Shown: positions 27,386-40,766, counted from the first letter of the stretch. The stretch is DNA of 64,000 nucleotides from Mobula hypostoma (GCF_963921235.1 NC_086097.1:168518001-168582000); one strand, 5' to 3'. The notes: generated by a model not told the origin, from the sequence alone. Translations and numbers: made by a program.

Positions 27386-29546
27386 CAAACGTTTGTATTA
27401 TTTTGTGACTGCCTATGCTATTGTAATTACACATACCATGTGTGACAGTATGTAGTGTTTGCACCTTTGCCCCAGGGGAGCACTATTTCACTTAGCTGTA
27501 CACATGTGTCTGGCTGAACTAAATTTAAATTGAACTTGAACACTTTTACTACCATGGATTGGCTCTGATTGTGTCTTCTTTCTTTTTTTATGATCATAAG
27601 ATATAGGAGCAGAATTATGCCATTCAGCCAATCGAGTCTGTTCCACCAGTCACGGCTGATATTTTTGTTTCCTCAACCCCACTCTGCCGCCTTCTCCCCC
27701 CAACCCTTAACTATCTTTATCAATCAAGAGCCTATCAATCACTGCCTTAGGTATAGCCAATGACTTGGCCTCTACAGCTCATTGTGGCAATGAGTTCCAC
27801 AGATTCATCACCTTCTGGCTGAAAATATTTCTCCTCATCTCAGTTTTCAAGGGATGTCCCTTTATAATCAGACTGCGGACCCTAGACGCCTCTGCTAAAG
27901 GAAACACCCTCTGCATGTCCACTTTTTCCAGGCCTTTCAGTATGGTCTTAGTTTTTTAAGGCACACTCTCTCTTCACTTTGTAAAATTTATGTACAACTT
28001 GTACTCCGTGTGTTGTCTGTATGCTGCTACAAGCATATTTTCATTGCATCTGTAGCACGACATAGCTGTGCACAAGACAATAAACTCAATTTGACTGGTT
28101 TTATTAATAGCGATCCCAAGTGTGGTTAAAACTCAGCAGTGAGGAAGGAATTGTCTTACTCTTACCTGGTATGGCCCAAGTGTGTGCCCAGGTTAACAGA
28201 CTTGACACCTGGACCTCAGAAATGGCCTGACCTACTACAGGTACAGTGTATCCAGTGGCCAAGCAGACAAATAAAAGTGGACCATGCAGAGTGCACCTGT
28301 CAGTGACAGTTTATCCAACTATTGTTTTTTTAGGAGGTTGGATGAGACTAGAACTAGATAAAGGTCATGGGTTAAGGGTGAAAAGTGAAATGTTTAAGGG
28401 GAACATGAGGGCGAACTTCTTCACTCAGAGCTGTGAGAGTACGGAACTACCTGCTAACAGAAATGGTGGAGACAGGTTCGATTTCAACATTTCAGAGAAA
28501 TTTGGATAAGTACATGAATGGGATTGGTGGGCTATGGTCTGGGTACAGGCCGATGGGACTAGGCTGGTTGATATTTTGGCATGGACTGGATGGGCCATAA
28601 GGCCTGCTTCTGTGTTGTAGAGTTCTATGATTCTATGGAAAGACTGAAAAGAAAATTTACAAGAATGTTGCTGGGACCTGAGGCCTGAGTTACGTATATG
28701 GAGAGGTTGAACAGGCTAGGTCATTATCCCTGGAATGTGTGAGATTGATGGGTGAACTTATAGAGGTATATTATATTAGGAGGGTCAAAGATTGGGTGAA
28801 TGCACAGTCTTTTCCCAGGAAAGGGGAATCAAGAACTACAAGGCATAGGTTTAAGGTGAGAGGTGAAAGATTTAAAAGGGACCTGAAGGACAACCTCTTC
28901 ATGCAGAGGGTGGATTATACATGGAACAGGCTGCTAGAAGCAGCTTAGGCAGGTACAATGACATCTGAAGGACACTTTTATAGATTTGTGGCTAAGAAAA
29001 TTTTCGAGGGCTATGGGCCAGATGGGACTGGCTTAGATGGGCATCTTAGTCAGCGTGGATGAGTTGGGCCCAAGGGCCTGTTTTTATCCTATATTACTCT
29101 ATGACTGTAATATGCTTTGGTATGTTCTTGTTCTTGATAAGTTTGAGGAACTAAACACCCAACTCACATTCGTAAATAAAAGTGATGCTCAAAGGAAATA
29201 ACTTCAGTTCTGTTGCAAAGTTAACTTGTGATTTGTATAAACTGAGGCACCGCAGAAGCTTTGCAGTTAGCATAACCCTTTACAGCATCAGCGATCACGG
29301 ATCAGTGTACCATTCCCACTACTGTCTGTACGTTCTCCCCATGACTGCATGGATTTTCTCAGGTTTCCTCCCAAATTCCTTACAGAGCTAGGGTTACTGA
29401 GTTCTCGAAGCATGGTGACACTTGCGGGCTGCCCTCGGACTATACTGGTCGTTGATGCAAATGACTCATTTCACTATATGTTTCGATGTTTCAATTTACA
29501 CGTGACCAACAATGCTAACCTTCATCCAAGATCACACTGTACTTAC

Positions 29547-29637
29547 TTTTTTTGCCATTTGGTGTCTCTGGGGAGCTTTCTTCCACCCTCAGTGTTGATC
29601 CACTGGAACTGCTCCTCACAATTTTAATTCGGTCCTC
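29547..29637 (-). CDS. SPIRE1: SPIRE1 exon (about exon 11), 91 nt, EDRIKIVRSSSSGSTLRVEESSPETPNGKK
   Basis: tttagcag|GAG...AAAA|gtaagt, phase 0/1; bridges the phases of the flanking exons exactly; Ser run in the same place as recalled mammalian EETLHKSTSSSS..., otherwise divergent. Confidence 0.85.
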
Positions 29638-29695
29638 CTGCTAAACAGATCGGGGCATACATAATTAAGTATGACACCATGACAGCAAGTATTTC

Positions 29696-29697
<2 letters not shown>

Positions 29698-29729
<32 letters not shown>

Positions 29730-29765
29730 GTTGGTGTGTGTGTAGTGTGTGTGTGTGTATAGTTG

Positions 29766-29798
<33 letters not shown>

Positions 29799-29870
29799 GT
29801 TGGTGTGTGTGTAGTGTGTGTGTGTGTGTGTATAGTATGCATAGTGTGTGTGCACGCATGTGTGCAGTGT
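29698..29870. repeat. Compound (TG)n/(CA)n microsatellite with recurring TATAGTTGG interruptions
   Basis: Directly visible. Confidence 0.95.
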
Positions 29871-31452
29871 GTTATGACGCACAACACTGCAGTCTGAGAT
29901 AAACCTTGAATGAACGCAGATGTGTCTCCTGAAACTCCCTATTTCCAATATATTTCTATGCACACTGTCTGCTGGAGCTAAGGAACCCATATAGGGGCCA
30001 ATACATTGCAGAGATACCGTCCGGACAGATGGAGCAAAGAACTGAAATTGTTCACTCTGCTATAGAACTGTGTTACCTTCAATGAAGATCAAGATCATAG
30101 ATTCAATGAGTTGTACAGCATGGAAATACGTCCTTCAACCCAAATTTTCCATGCGGACCAAGATGGGTCTGTTTCTGTGTTGGAGTGTTCCACAACTCTG
30201 TAAGACAAGTCTTGGAGTATTGTGTGCAGTTTCAGTCAGCACACTATGGGAAAAATGTGATTGCACTGGAGAGGGTACAAAGGAGGTCTACAAAATCGGT
30301 GTCTGGATTAGATTACTTGGATACGGAGAGAGAATAAATAGCTTGAGCTCATCTTTTCTAGAGTGGAGAAGGCTGAGGATTGACTTGATAAAGGTTTGTA
30401 ATTTATTAGGTACAGATATGATAGATTGTCAAAACATTTTTCCTGCGGCAGAGGTATCGTAAAAAAGAGAGTATGGGTTTAAGAAGGAATTTTAAAGGGG
30501 ATCTGAAGGGAAGAATGGGTGACATCTGGAACTTGATGCCAGAGGAAATGATGGAATCTTATACATTCACTACATTTAAAAGGCATCAAGACAGACACTT
30601 AAATAGGCAAGGCGTAGAAGGTGGTTGTCCTAATGCAGGCAAAGTGGGATTACATAGGCTGAAGAGTTTCTTTGCATGTTGTATGGCTCAGTGGCTGCAA
30701 TGTAAGACTGGGAACAAAGCACAGGCATGGAGGGGATCTTTCTGTTCACTCTGTGTGTGCCTGTTACTGCACTACTGACCAGCGATAATTCCCCAGGTAA
30801 CATCCCCGTAGTGAGCTAACCACAATTCAATACACTGACCACTGCATCATTTCAGGACCTTAAGGTATAGATTCCCTCAGTGTTCCTCCTTCCTTATACA
30901 ATCTGCAATTCTAAAATTCACCGTTGGCTTCAGTGAATCCCTGCTTTCTGATTAACCCTGCCTTCTTTTGTCTCTGTTGTGCTTTCTATAACGTGCCAGG
31001 TCCTTAAAGGTGTTAAGAAAGTTTATAAAGATTTATTATTTCACTGCACGATCATGGAAAGGCACATCCTGAACAAGAGAGTAAAAGATTTAACAGTTAA
31101 AATGCAGTCGATAGCAAAAACCCAGAAAATGCAGAAAATGCTGAAGAAAACATGGGTTGACACTTTGGGTGTTGACTCCTTAATGGGTAGAGAACAGAGG
31201 GATGTGATTGTTTTCAGTTTGCTGAGTGAAGACATGGAACCGTATGGACACAGAGATCTTTATCTACTCTAAAAATTCTATGGCTCACTCATGGTCATTG
31301 TGGGAATGACATGGTCTTTGTCTCCTGCAGGAAGCACCTTTTCACTGTATCCCTCTGGCTGTTTGCATCAGCAGGTTCGAGCATCATGACGCATACGGAA
31401 TTGAATGGAACAGAATTCAGGGAGTGAAATGGAATGGAGAATCATTACTATC

Positions 31453-31585
31453 TACAAACAAGAGAAAATCTGCAGATGCTGGAAATCCAAGCAACACACA
31501 CAAAATGCTGGAGGAACTCAGCAGGCCAGGCAGCATCTATGAAAAAGAGTACAGTTGACGTTTTGGGCTGAGACCCTTCCATAGG
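31453..31585 (-). mobile_element. Short Penelope-terminal fragment (another copy at about 47110-47230, plus strand)
   Basis: gcagatgctggaaatccaagcaacacacacaaaatgctggaggaactcagcagg, matching the terminus at 19538-19665. Confidence 0.7.
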
Positions 31586-33550
31586 AATGCAGAACATAGT
31601 GTTAAGAGTTACAGAGGAAGTGCAGACAGACAAATAAAGTGCAAGGGCTATGCCAAGGTAGTCTGAAAGATCAAGTGTTCAGCTTTATTGTATAATACGA
31701 TATGTTCAAGAGTCTTATTACCATGCATAGAAATTGTTCTTGAGCCTGGTGGTATGTGTTTTCAAGCTTTTGCATCTTCTGCCCCTGGAGAGGGGGGTGA
31801 AGAGAGACTGGAGTGGGAGGGGCTCTTGATTATCTTGGCTGTTTTCCTGAGGCAGTAAGAAGTACAAATGGAGTCACTGAAGGGGAGACTGGTTTTTGTG
31901 ATGGACCGAGTTTTGTTCACAACTCTCCATGATTACTTGTGATCTTGGGCCAAGCAGTGGCCAGACTAGGCCATGATGCATCCAAACAGGACGTGTTCTA
32001 TGGTGCATCGGTAAAAATTGGTGAGGGTCAACGGGGACATGCTGAATTTCCTTAGCCTTTTGAGTAGAAGTGCTGGTATGCTTTCTTGGTCATGCCAGCT
32101 ACATAGTTTGATCAGGACAAGCTATTAGCACCTTTTACATCTATGAACTTGAAGTTCTCAAACAGTAGTCTAAAGTACGTTTAAGTAATATGCCCCAGAA
32201 ACTTAATTGCACATTGCACTGTTTTAGAGCAAGAGTGAAATGTGGCAAGATCATTTCATATCACTCCAGAAAGTTGACTGGACTATTTCCTAGAGTGCAT
32301 TCCTGGCATGATTCCCAAACCAGGGATGTACATGGCGGCATTGCATGGGAACGAAAGCTACATTGCACCAGAAAGCTCAACGTGGGGCTAAGTCAGGATA
32401 ACATGATCTTCCCAATACAGCATCAAACTGGAAGGCTGCAGACAAGTAAGTTAGCCCTACATCCAGCAACTAACAACCACGTTCCCCTCCCAAACCCAAT
32501 CACCCTGCCAGGAAGTACCAGCACTTCCAAGTTCCCTCTCTGTCCTCTCCACTGCTTGCCCCAGTGTCCCAATGCCAACAGCCACCAAAACAAATGCCAG
32601 TCCTTTAACCTCTCTTTCCCCCAACCCCACTACTCCATTCCAAAACATGACACACAGTACCATGTCTTTGGCATTGGTGTGTACCGTTTTGGTTGTAGTA
32701 AATACATCATTAAACTGGAGAAACTACACAGAAGATTTACAAGGACGCTGACAGGACTCAGGGGCCTGAGTCATGGGGCAAGGCTGAGCAGGTTAGGACT
32801 TTATTCCTTGGAGAATAGGGTGACCTTATAGAGGTGCATAAAATCATGAGTGGCATAGACTGGGTGAGCACACAAGCTCTTTCTCTCAGGAAATGAGTAT
32901 TTAAAAGTAGACAGCACAGGTTCAAGTAAAAGATTTAAAAGACTTGAATCTTCATTCAGAGTGTGGTGTATGAAATTGAACAAGCTGCCAGAAAGTGTTG
33001 GTGAGGCAGATACAGTAACAACAGAGGTCCCAGCATCGATTCCTCCAGTCAAAATAACACCCTTCCACCAGAGGCTTCTATAGTCAAGCAAATTTGAAAC
33101 CTAATCTACCAACCTTTGGTGGATACAATGCATTTTAATCTTCTCGGCAAAGCTTACTTATTTGTGGCTGCCTCCCACGACAGAAATCTGGGAGGGAGCT
33201 CAGATGCAGATAGTAATTCAATGAACATTATGCATGACATCACTCTTCAAAACTGGACTCACAGCCAGAGGGAGATAGATGCTCACCTGTGCCCCAGTGT
33301 TCTGTGGTGAAAGACCTGTACCCACCTGTACTGTACCCCACCTTTAAATATATACTGTACTGGACAGGCTCCAGAGGAGGTTCGCAAAAATGATCCTCAG
33401 AATGAAAGGCTTACATTTTGAGGAATATTTGATGGCTCTGGCCTTTACAAAATAAAGTTCAGAGGATGATGAAAAATGTAATTGAAACCTACCAAATACT
33501 GAAAAGTCTGGATAGATGGGCATGGAGAGGAGGTTTGCAATAGCTGGAGA

Positions 33551-33942
33551 GCCCAGTGATGTTGTGGGGATGGAACTGGACTCTCTCACGGCGGTGTCTG
33601 AAAAGAGGATGCTGTCTAAGTTGCATGCCATCTTGGTCAATGTCTCCCATCCGCTACATATTGTACTGGGTGGGCACGGGAGTACATTCAGCCAGACTCA
33701 TCCCACCGAGATGCAGCACAGAGCGTCATAGGAAGTCATTCCTGCCTGTGGCCATCAAACTTTACAACTCCTCCCTTGGAGGGTCAGACACCCTGAGCCA
33801 ATAGGCTGCTCCTGGACTTATTTCCTGGCATAATTTACATATTACTATTTAACTATTTATGGTTTATTACTATTTAGTATTTATGGGACAACTGTAACGA
33901 AAGCCAATTTCCCCCGGGATCAATAAAGTATGACTATGACTA
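33551..33942 (+). mobile_element. Rex1-type LINE 3' end inserted in a CR1 fragment (related short copy at about 48905-49110)
   Basis: RMLSKLHAIL.NVSHPLH...RLIPPRCSTERHRKSFLPVAIKLYNSS; tail caataaagtatgactatgactat. Confidence 0.8.
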
Positions 33943-35269
33943 TAGAGTAGAGGATCCAAGGCGACAGTCTCAGTATTAGGGCATGTCCTTTCGGAATTGA
34001 TATCAGGAGGAATTTCTTCAGCCAATGGGTGGTGAACCTGTGGAATTCATTGTCACAGATGGCTGTGGAGCCCAAGTCACTGGGTGTATTTAAAACACAA
34101 ATTTACAGGTTCTTGACTGGTTAGGGGATTAAGAGTCATGGAGAGAAGGCAAGAGAATGGGGTTGAGAAAATAAGAAATCAGCCGTGATTGAATGGTGGA
34201 ACAGACTCAACGGGTCAAATGGCCAAATTCAGCTCCTATACCTTATGTCATGTTTTTTCAGTGTCAAGGTGAGAGACTGAACCCATCATTACAATTCCCC
34301 ATTATTATACAACAACAGACTTATATTCATTACTGCTGGATCCCAGTGTTAACGACAGACCTGCTTAAAGAGATGGGTGTTGCCAAGAAATGGCAAATGG
34401 ATTTAATTCAGTTCAGTGAGAGGTGTTGCCTTTTGGAAAATCAAACCAAGGTAGGGTGTTTACAGTCAACGGTAGGGTCCTGGCGAGGGTGTAGAATAAA
34501 GGGACCTAAAATAAAGTATATACAGTAGTTCCCTGAAGTTGGTGTCACTGGTTGATAGGAAAGTAAAGACTTTTGGCACTTTGGCCTTCAACAGTCATGG
34601 TCCCAAGTATAGAAGTAGGTCTCAGATCAAATCCTCGACTGTTTATTTATTTCCATAGATGTTGCCTGGCCTGCTGAGTTCCTCCAGCGTTTTGCTATAG
34701 AAGTAGGGATGTTACGTTATAGCAGTACAAGATCCTGGTGAGGCCACACATAAGGTGTTGCATTATGTTTTGGTTATTCTGCTTTAGGAAAGATGCCACT
34801 GAGTGCAGAAAAGATTTATGAGGATGTTACCAGGACGCAAGGGACTGGGCTACAGGGAAAAGTTGGGCAGGTGAGGACATTGTGCCTGGGGTTGCAGGAA
34901 ATTGTTGGGTGATTTTATAAAGAGGTGTCTCCCTCTCCCAAAGTTAGGAAATCATGAACCAGAGGGCAGAGGTGAGAGGGGAGAGATTTAATATGACTCT
35001 GAGGGGTAACTTTCTTTTAGTACAATGAGGGTGGTCTTCACATGGATTGATCTGCTAGAGGAATTCGTTGTGCCTAGCATATTAACAAAATTTAAACGAC
35101 ACTTGGAAGGTCCATCAATAGGAAGGGATTAAAAGGATATGGGTCACTTGTGGGTAAATGGCACTGTCTTGGTTATCATGGCCCAAATTGAGCCAAAGGG
35201 TCTGTTTTCATTCTGTATGACACTATGAAACACCAATGAGCCACACTTTGTGTTCTTTGGTTGAAAATC

Positions 35270-36690
35270 TAAGTCGATGTTGTATATTGGATTTTCAAAA
35301 GGCCTTTGACAAAGTGCCACACATGAGGCTGCTTAACAAGCCCATGGTATTGCAGGAAAGATGCTAACAAGGATAAAGCAGTGGCTGATTGGCAGGAGGC
35401 AAAGAGTGAGGATAAAGGGAGCCCTTCTGGTTGGCTGCTGGTGACTGACTAGTGGTGTTCTACAGGGGTCTGAGTTAGGACTGATTCTTTTTACGATATA
35501 TGTCATTGATTTGGTTGAAAGAATTGATGGCTTTGTGGGCAAGTTTGCAAACCATATGAAGGTAAGTGGAGGTGCAGGTGGTGTTGAGAAAGCAGGGAGG
35601 CTGCAGAAGGATTTGGACAGTTTTGGAGAATGGGCAAAGAGGTGACAGATGGAACACCTTGTTAGGAAGCGTATGGTCTTGCACTTTGGTAGAAGGAGTA
35701 AAAGCATCGACTATTTTCTAAATGGGGAGAAAATTCAAAAATCTGTGGTGCAAAGGGTCTTGGGAGTCCTCGTGCAGGATTCCCTGAAGTTTAATCTGCA
35801 GGTTGAGCCAGTGGTGAGGGAGGCAGACACAATGTTAGCATTCATTTTGAGAGGACTAGAATATAAAGGGAAGGAAGGATGTAATACCGAGGCTTTATAG
35901 GACACTGGTGAAGCAATTTTTGACCCCTTATTTAAGAAAGGCCTCCAAGAAGACTACAACTCTGTCATAGTTTGGAGGCTTGTGTGTTTCAATGACCCAG
36001 AGAGCTAAGTTGGCCGGGGCCATGGCTTTAAACTTTTGCTCTTGGTAGAGTCACCTATGCCAAACCTGTCAAAGGGGAGCGGCCAGACTAAGAGTGGTCA
36101 ACAGGTCCTCCAGGTTCAGGGGTACAGCTCAAGGCTAACCACCCTGACTGGTAAAACAAAACTGTTATGGAAACAGCAATGAAGAATACTTCTACATCTG
36201 AGTGCGGCAGTATACCTGAGTCTCCACCTGGGACTTGCATGACTGGTGAAAACTGAGAGGAAGCTACAGACATGATGAAGGAAACCCTCAAAATCACCAG
36301 TGATTGAGGACCTTCATTGCTGCCCTAAACACCAGTGGCATAACAGACAGTAAGTAAGAAAGAAACGATGTGCTGACATATGAGAGGGTTTAGGGGAGGT
36401 TCATGAGAATGATCCTGGGATTGAAAGGCTTAATGTATGAGAAGTGATTAATGGCCCTGGGCCTTTACGCCCCTGAAAGTTAGAAGAATAAGAGCAGATC
36501 TCATCGAAACCTTTCAAATGTTGAAAGGCCTGGATATAGTGGGTGTGGAGAGGAAGTTTCCTATGTTGGGGGAGTGTAGGACCTGAGGGCGCAGCCTCAG
36601 AATAGAGGGACGTCCATTTTGATCAGAGATGAGGAGGAATTTATTTAGCCAGAGGAGGGATAATCTGTGGAATTTGTTGCCACAGGCCAC
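35270..36690 (+). mobile_element. Decayed CR1 LINE interrupted by an RTE-related insertion
   Basis: gattttcaaaaggcctttgacaaagtgccacac (DFQKAFDKVPH) through the ORF2 C-terminus. Confidence 0.85.
35941..36362 (+). mobile_element. Non-autonomous RTE-related element with (TAAG)-type tail
   Basis: Splits CR1 ...tatttaagaaag | gatgtgctgac; TAAGAAAG at 35933-35940 and 36355-36362 is a possible TSD. Confidence 0.6.
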
Positions 36691-37307
36691 TTAATTGGGC
36701 TAAAATGTACTTGTCCCAATCTGTCCCAAATAAGCAGAATCCACTGCATATATTTTTTATGCCTCACATTGCAACACTGCACTGCTATAAAGCAACACAT
36801 TTCACGACATATCAACCTGACTCGGATACACTGCCACACCTATACCCACGGGCCTCGTCCTTTTCTAAATATATCACAATTGGTATGGGTTGCTGGATTT
36901 CCAAAACTGGGATTCACAAGAAAACCTTCCACTCTGACTTAACTCAAGCCATGGGAACACCTTTCCATTCCTCTGTCCCTGATCAGCATCCAGTTATTCC
37001 CTTCACAATGAGGAGTTGGACAAACTGGGATTGTTTTCTCTGTAGTGTCAGAGGCTGAGGAGAGATTTAGTAGAAGATTATACATTTATGTGATGAATAG
37101 ATAAGGTAGACAGTCAGAGTCATTTTCCCCAGAGTGGAGATATCAAATACTAAAAGGACAGAGGTTTAATGGAGTGGAAAGTTTAAAGGGCGTTTACACG
37201 GCAAGGTTATATGCCAAGGGCAGGAGGCCCAGAAGCGGCTGTCCTGGGATTGGGGGCCTGTCAATGTGTGTGAGGGGGCAGGTGAGTGGGAGGGTGTTTA
37301 ATGGCTT

Positions 37308-37855
37308 AGAAACATAGAAAAACTACAGCACAATACAGGCCCTTCAGCCCACAATGCTGTGCTGAATATGTACTTACTTTAGAAATTATCCAGGGTTACC
37401 CACAGACCTCTATTTTTCTAAACTCCATCTATCTATCCAGGAGCCTCTTAAAAGACCGTATCGTACCCGCCTCCACCACCGTCGCCGGCAGCCCATTCCA
37501 CTCTCTGTGTAAAAAACTTACCCCTGACACCTCCTCTGTACCTACTTCCAAGCACCTTAAAACTGTGCCCTCTCATGTTAGCCATTTCAGCCCTGGGAAA
37601 AAGCCTCTGACTATCCACACGATCAATGCCTCTCATCATCTCCTACACCTCCATCAGGTCACCTCTCATCCTAAGTTGCTCCAAGGAGAAAAGGCCGAGT
37701 TCACTCAACCTATTCTCACAAGGCATGCTCCCTAATCCAGGCAACATCCTGTAAATCTCCTCTGCACCCTTTCTAAGGTTTCCACATCCTTCCTATAGTG
37801 AGGTGACCAGAACTGAGCAAGTGGGGTCTGACCAGGGTCCTACATAGTTGCAACT
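37308..37855 (-). mobile_element. CR1 3' fragment, same family as 39125-40408
   Basis: MRGIDRVDSQRLFPRAEM...RGHSFKVLG; tail ttctatgtttct. Confidence 0.9.
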
Positions 37856-37857
37856 GG

Positions 37858-38108
37858 GCCTGTTCTGGGACTGACGGCCTGTCTATGTGTGTGAGGGGGC
37901 GGGTGGGTGAGAGGATGGTTAACAGCCTGTTCTGGGACTGACGGCCTGTCTAGGAGTGTGAGGGGATGGGTGGGTGAGAGGATGGTTAACAGCCTGTTCT
38001 GGGACTGACGGCCTGTCTAGGAGTGTGAGGGGGCAGGTGGGTGAGAGGGTGGTTAACAGCCTGTTCTGGGACTGACGGCCTGTCTATGAGTGTGAGGGGA
38101 TGGGTGGG
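37858..38108. repeat. 67-bp tandem repeat, about 3.7 copies
   Basis: aacagcctgttctgggactgacggcctgtct... recurs at 37921, 37988 and 38055. Confidence 0.92.
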
Positions 38109-39124
38109 AAAGTGGCTTGATTTGCAGTTGTCTCATTTTGTTCTGTTAATGTTGTCATTGCTTCTGTTGTTCTGCTGAACACTGCGGGCATGCTCTGCTG
38201 GAGCCTGAACTTGTGGCGACACCTGCGGGCTGCCCCCAGCACATCCTAGGGCGCCTTGGTTGTTAGTGCAAACGATGCATTTTGCTCTATACTTCGAGGT
38301 ACATGTGATAAATCAATGTGAATCTCAATCTGAGGTTTTGATTTTAAACACAGAGGGTGGTGGGTGTCTGGAGACTGCGGCCAAAGGTGGTAGTTTAAGT
38401 AGGTACAACAGCAATGTTTAAAAGGCACGTGAACGGGCAGGGAGTGTTGTGATAGAGACTATATGCAGATAGACATGCAGTTTGAAGGGCTGAAGGCCCC
38501 GTTCCGGTGCTGTACTCTGTGTTCTACATGCTTTATTGGTGGCGGTGGGGAACTTTCTTTGTGTGGTTACTGTCACGACTGCGGATAACACCATTCTACC
38601 GTTTTGCGCTCTTGCTGCATTTACTCTCACCGCGTAAACCGTTTACTCTGTGGAGCTTCATTTGAGCACAGAATATCCTTGCACTCTGGTGTACACGACA
38701 ATGAACTAATGTGAACATGAACCTATTGATCAACAACAGCAAATCCATTCAGCTGATAAAGTCAAACGCAGAGCTGAGCTTACTGTAATATGCACAGGTG
38801 CAATAAAAACTTACTTGCAGCAGGCACATAGCATCTGATGGACAACATTCACGAGAAAAACGTAAATTATACAAGAAAGAACACAACTAGAACAAAGAAA
38901 AAGTTCCCTGTAGAGGAAAGTGGTCATAGTGCTGAAGTAGTTGTCAGGGTTGTGCACGTTGATTCAACAGCTGAATGGAAGCAGCTGCTCTCGAACCTGG
39001 TGGGGGGGACGTGAGATGCAGTAATGTGCTTTGGATAATGAGAGCCTCCCCCCCCTCAGATGGATGGGCCTCACCGTGGCTTTCTTTCCTCCATAAACAA
39101 CCCAGTGCCCATGTATGTATGGGC

Positions 39125-40408
39125 CAGGCATGGTCGGCATGGCTCTGTCAAGGGCAGGTCGTGCCTTACAAGCCTGATTGAATTTTCTGAGGATGTGACT
39201 AAACACATTGATGAAGGAAGGGCAGTAGATGTAGTGTATATGGATTTCAGCAAGGCATTTGATCCGTTACCCCGTGCAAGGCTTATTGAGAAAGTAAGGA
39301 GGCATAGGAACCAAGGGGACATTGCTTTGTGGATCCAGAACTGGCTTGCCCACAGAAGGCAAAGAATGGCTGTAGACGGGTCATATTCTGCATGGAGGTC
39401 GGTCACCAGTGGTGTGCCTCAGGGATCTGTTCTGGGACCCCTTCTCTTCGTGATTTTTATAAATGACCTGGATGAGGAAGTGGAGGGATGGGTTAGTAAA
39501 TTTGCTGATGACACAAAGGTTGGAGGTGTTGTGGATAGTGTGGAGGGCTGTCAGAGGTTACAGTGGGACATCGATAGGATGCAAAACTGGGCTGAGAAGT
39601 GGCAGATGGAGTTCAACCCAGATAAGTGTGAAGTGGTTCATTTTGGTAGGTCAAATATAATGGCAGAATATAGCATTAATGGTAAGACTCTTGGCAGTGT
39701 GGAGGATCAGAGGGATCTTGGGGTCCGAGTCCATAGGATGCTCAAAGCAGCTACGCAGGTTGGCTCTGTGGTTAAGAAGGGATATGGTGTATTGACCTTC
39801 ATCAATCGTGGAATTGAATTTAGGAGCTGAGAGGTAATGTTGCAGCTACATAGGACCCTGGTCAGACCTCACTTGGAGTACTGTGCTCAGTTCTGGTCAC
39901 CCCACTGCAGGAAGGATGTGGAAACCATAGAAAGGGTGCAGAGGAGATTTACAAGGATGTTGCCTGGATTGGGGAGCATGCCTTATGAAAACAGGTTGAG
40001 TGAACTCGGCTTTTTCTTCTTGGAGCAACATAGGATGAGAGGTGACCTGATAGAGGTGTACAAGATAATGAGAGGCATTGATCGTGTGGATAGTCAGAGG
40101 CTTTTTCCCAGGCTGAAATGATTGCCACAAGAGGACACAGGTTTAAGGTGCTGGGGATTAGATACAGAGGAGATGTCAGGGGTAAATTTTCTACTCAGAG
40201 GGTGGTGAGTGTGTGGAATAGGCTGCCGGCAACGGTGGTGGAGGCAGATATAATAGGGTCTTTTAAGAGACTTTTGGATAGGTACATAGAGCTTAGAAAA
40301 ATAGAGGTCTTTAGGTAAGCCTAGTAATTTCTAAGGTAGGGACATGTTCGGCACAACTTTGTGGGCCGAAGGGCCTGTATTGTGCTGTAGGTTTTCTATG
40401 TTTCTATG
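39125..40408 (+). mobile_element. Relatively young 5'-truncated CR1 LINE (RT domain to 3' tail)
   Basis: YMDFSKAFD, PQGSVLGPLLFVIFINDL, KFADDTK; in-frame TGA at 39828-39830; tail ttctatgtttctatgt. Confidence 0.93.
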
Positions 40409-40602
40409 TTACAGTATCTGCTCGATTTGAGGTCAGGCATTGCCAACCCAGGCCCAATGCAGACTGATGTACCACAAGGAAGGGAACACATTTTGGGTTT
40501 ACAAATTTGGACACGAGGTGCATACACTTATGCAGATAGATGCAATATTTTAAAAATAAACGAGAGAATAAATGTTGTGCTCAGCAGCAGATTCCCCTTT
40601 AC

Positions 40603-40766
40603 CTCGGAATCGGAGCTGTCTATCTCAGCCAGCGTAGGTGCCTTCAGCAGTTTCTTTCTCTGGACCCGTATGGCACAAGGGTCGCTTTCAGTAGTTTGAG
40701 ACATGACTGCTCCATTGGCCACAAGCGGTGACAGGTCCTTTCTGCTCTTTTCTGGGGTCGCCACAT
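40603..40766 (-). CDS. SPIRE1: SPIRE1 exon (about exon 10), 164 nt, DVATPEK...QRKKLLKAPTLAEIDSSDSE (myosin-V globular-tail binding motif)
   Basis: tttacag|AT...GAG|gtaaag, phase 1/0; GTBM motif LLKAPTLAE. Confidence 0.95.

Noticed and set aside
29624..29990. His/Thr- and Cys/Val-rich ORFs
   Set aside because: Translations of the (CA)n/(TG)n microsatellite
32190..32831. 213-aa ORF (also the 208-aa ORF at 62694-63320)
   Set aside because: No recognisable domain; both run into CR1 or V-SINE remnants and are probably chance open frames
37858..38108. CRISPR-like array
   Set aside because: Contiguous tandem units with no unique spacers, eukaryotic intron, no cas genes
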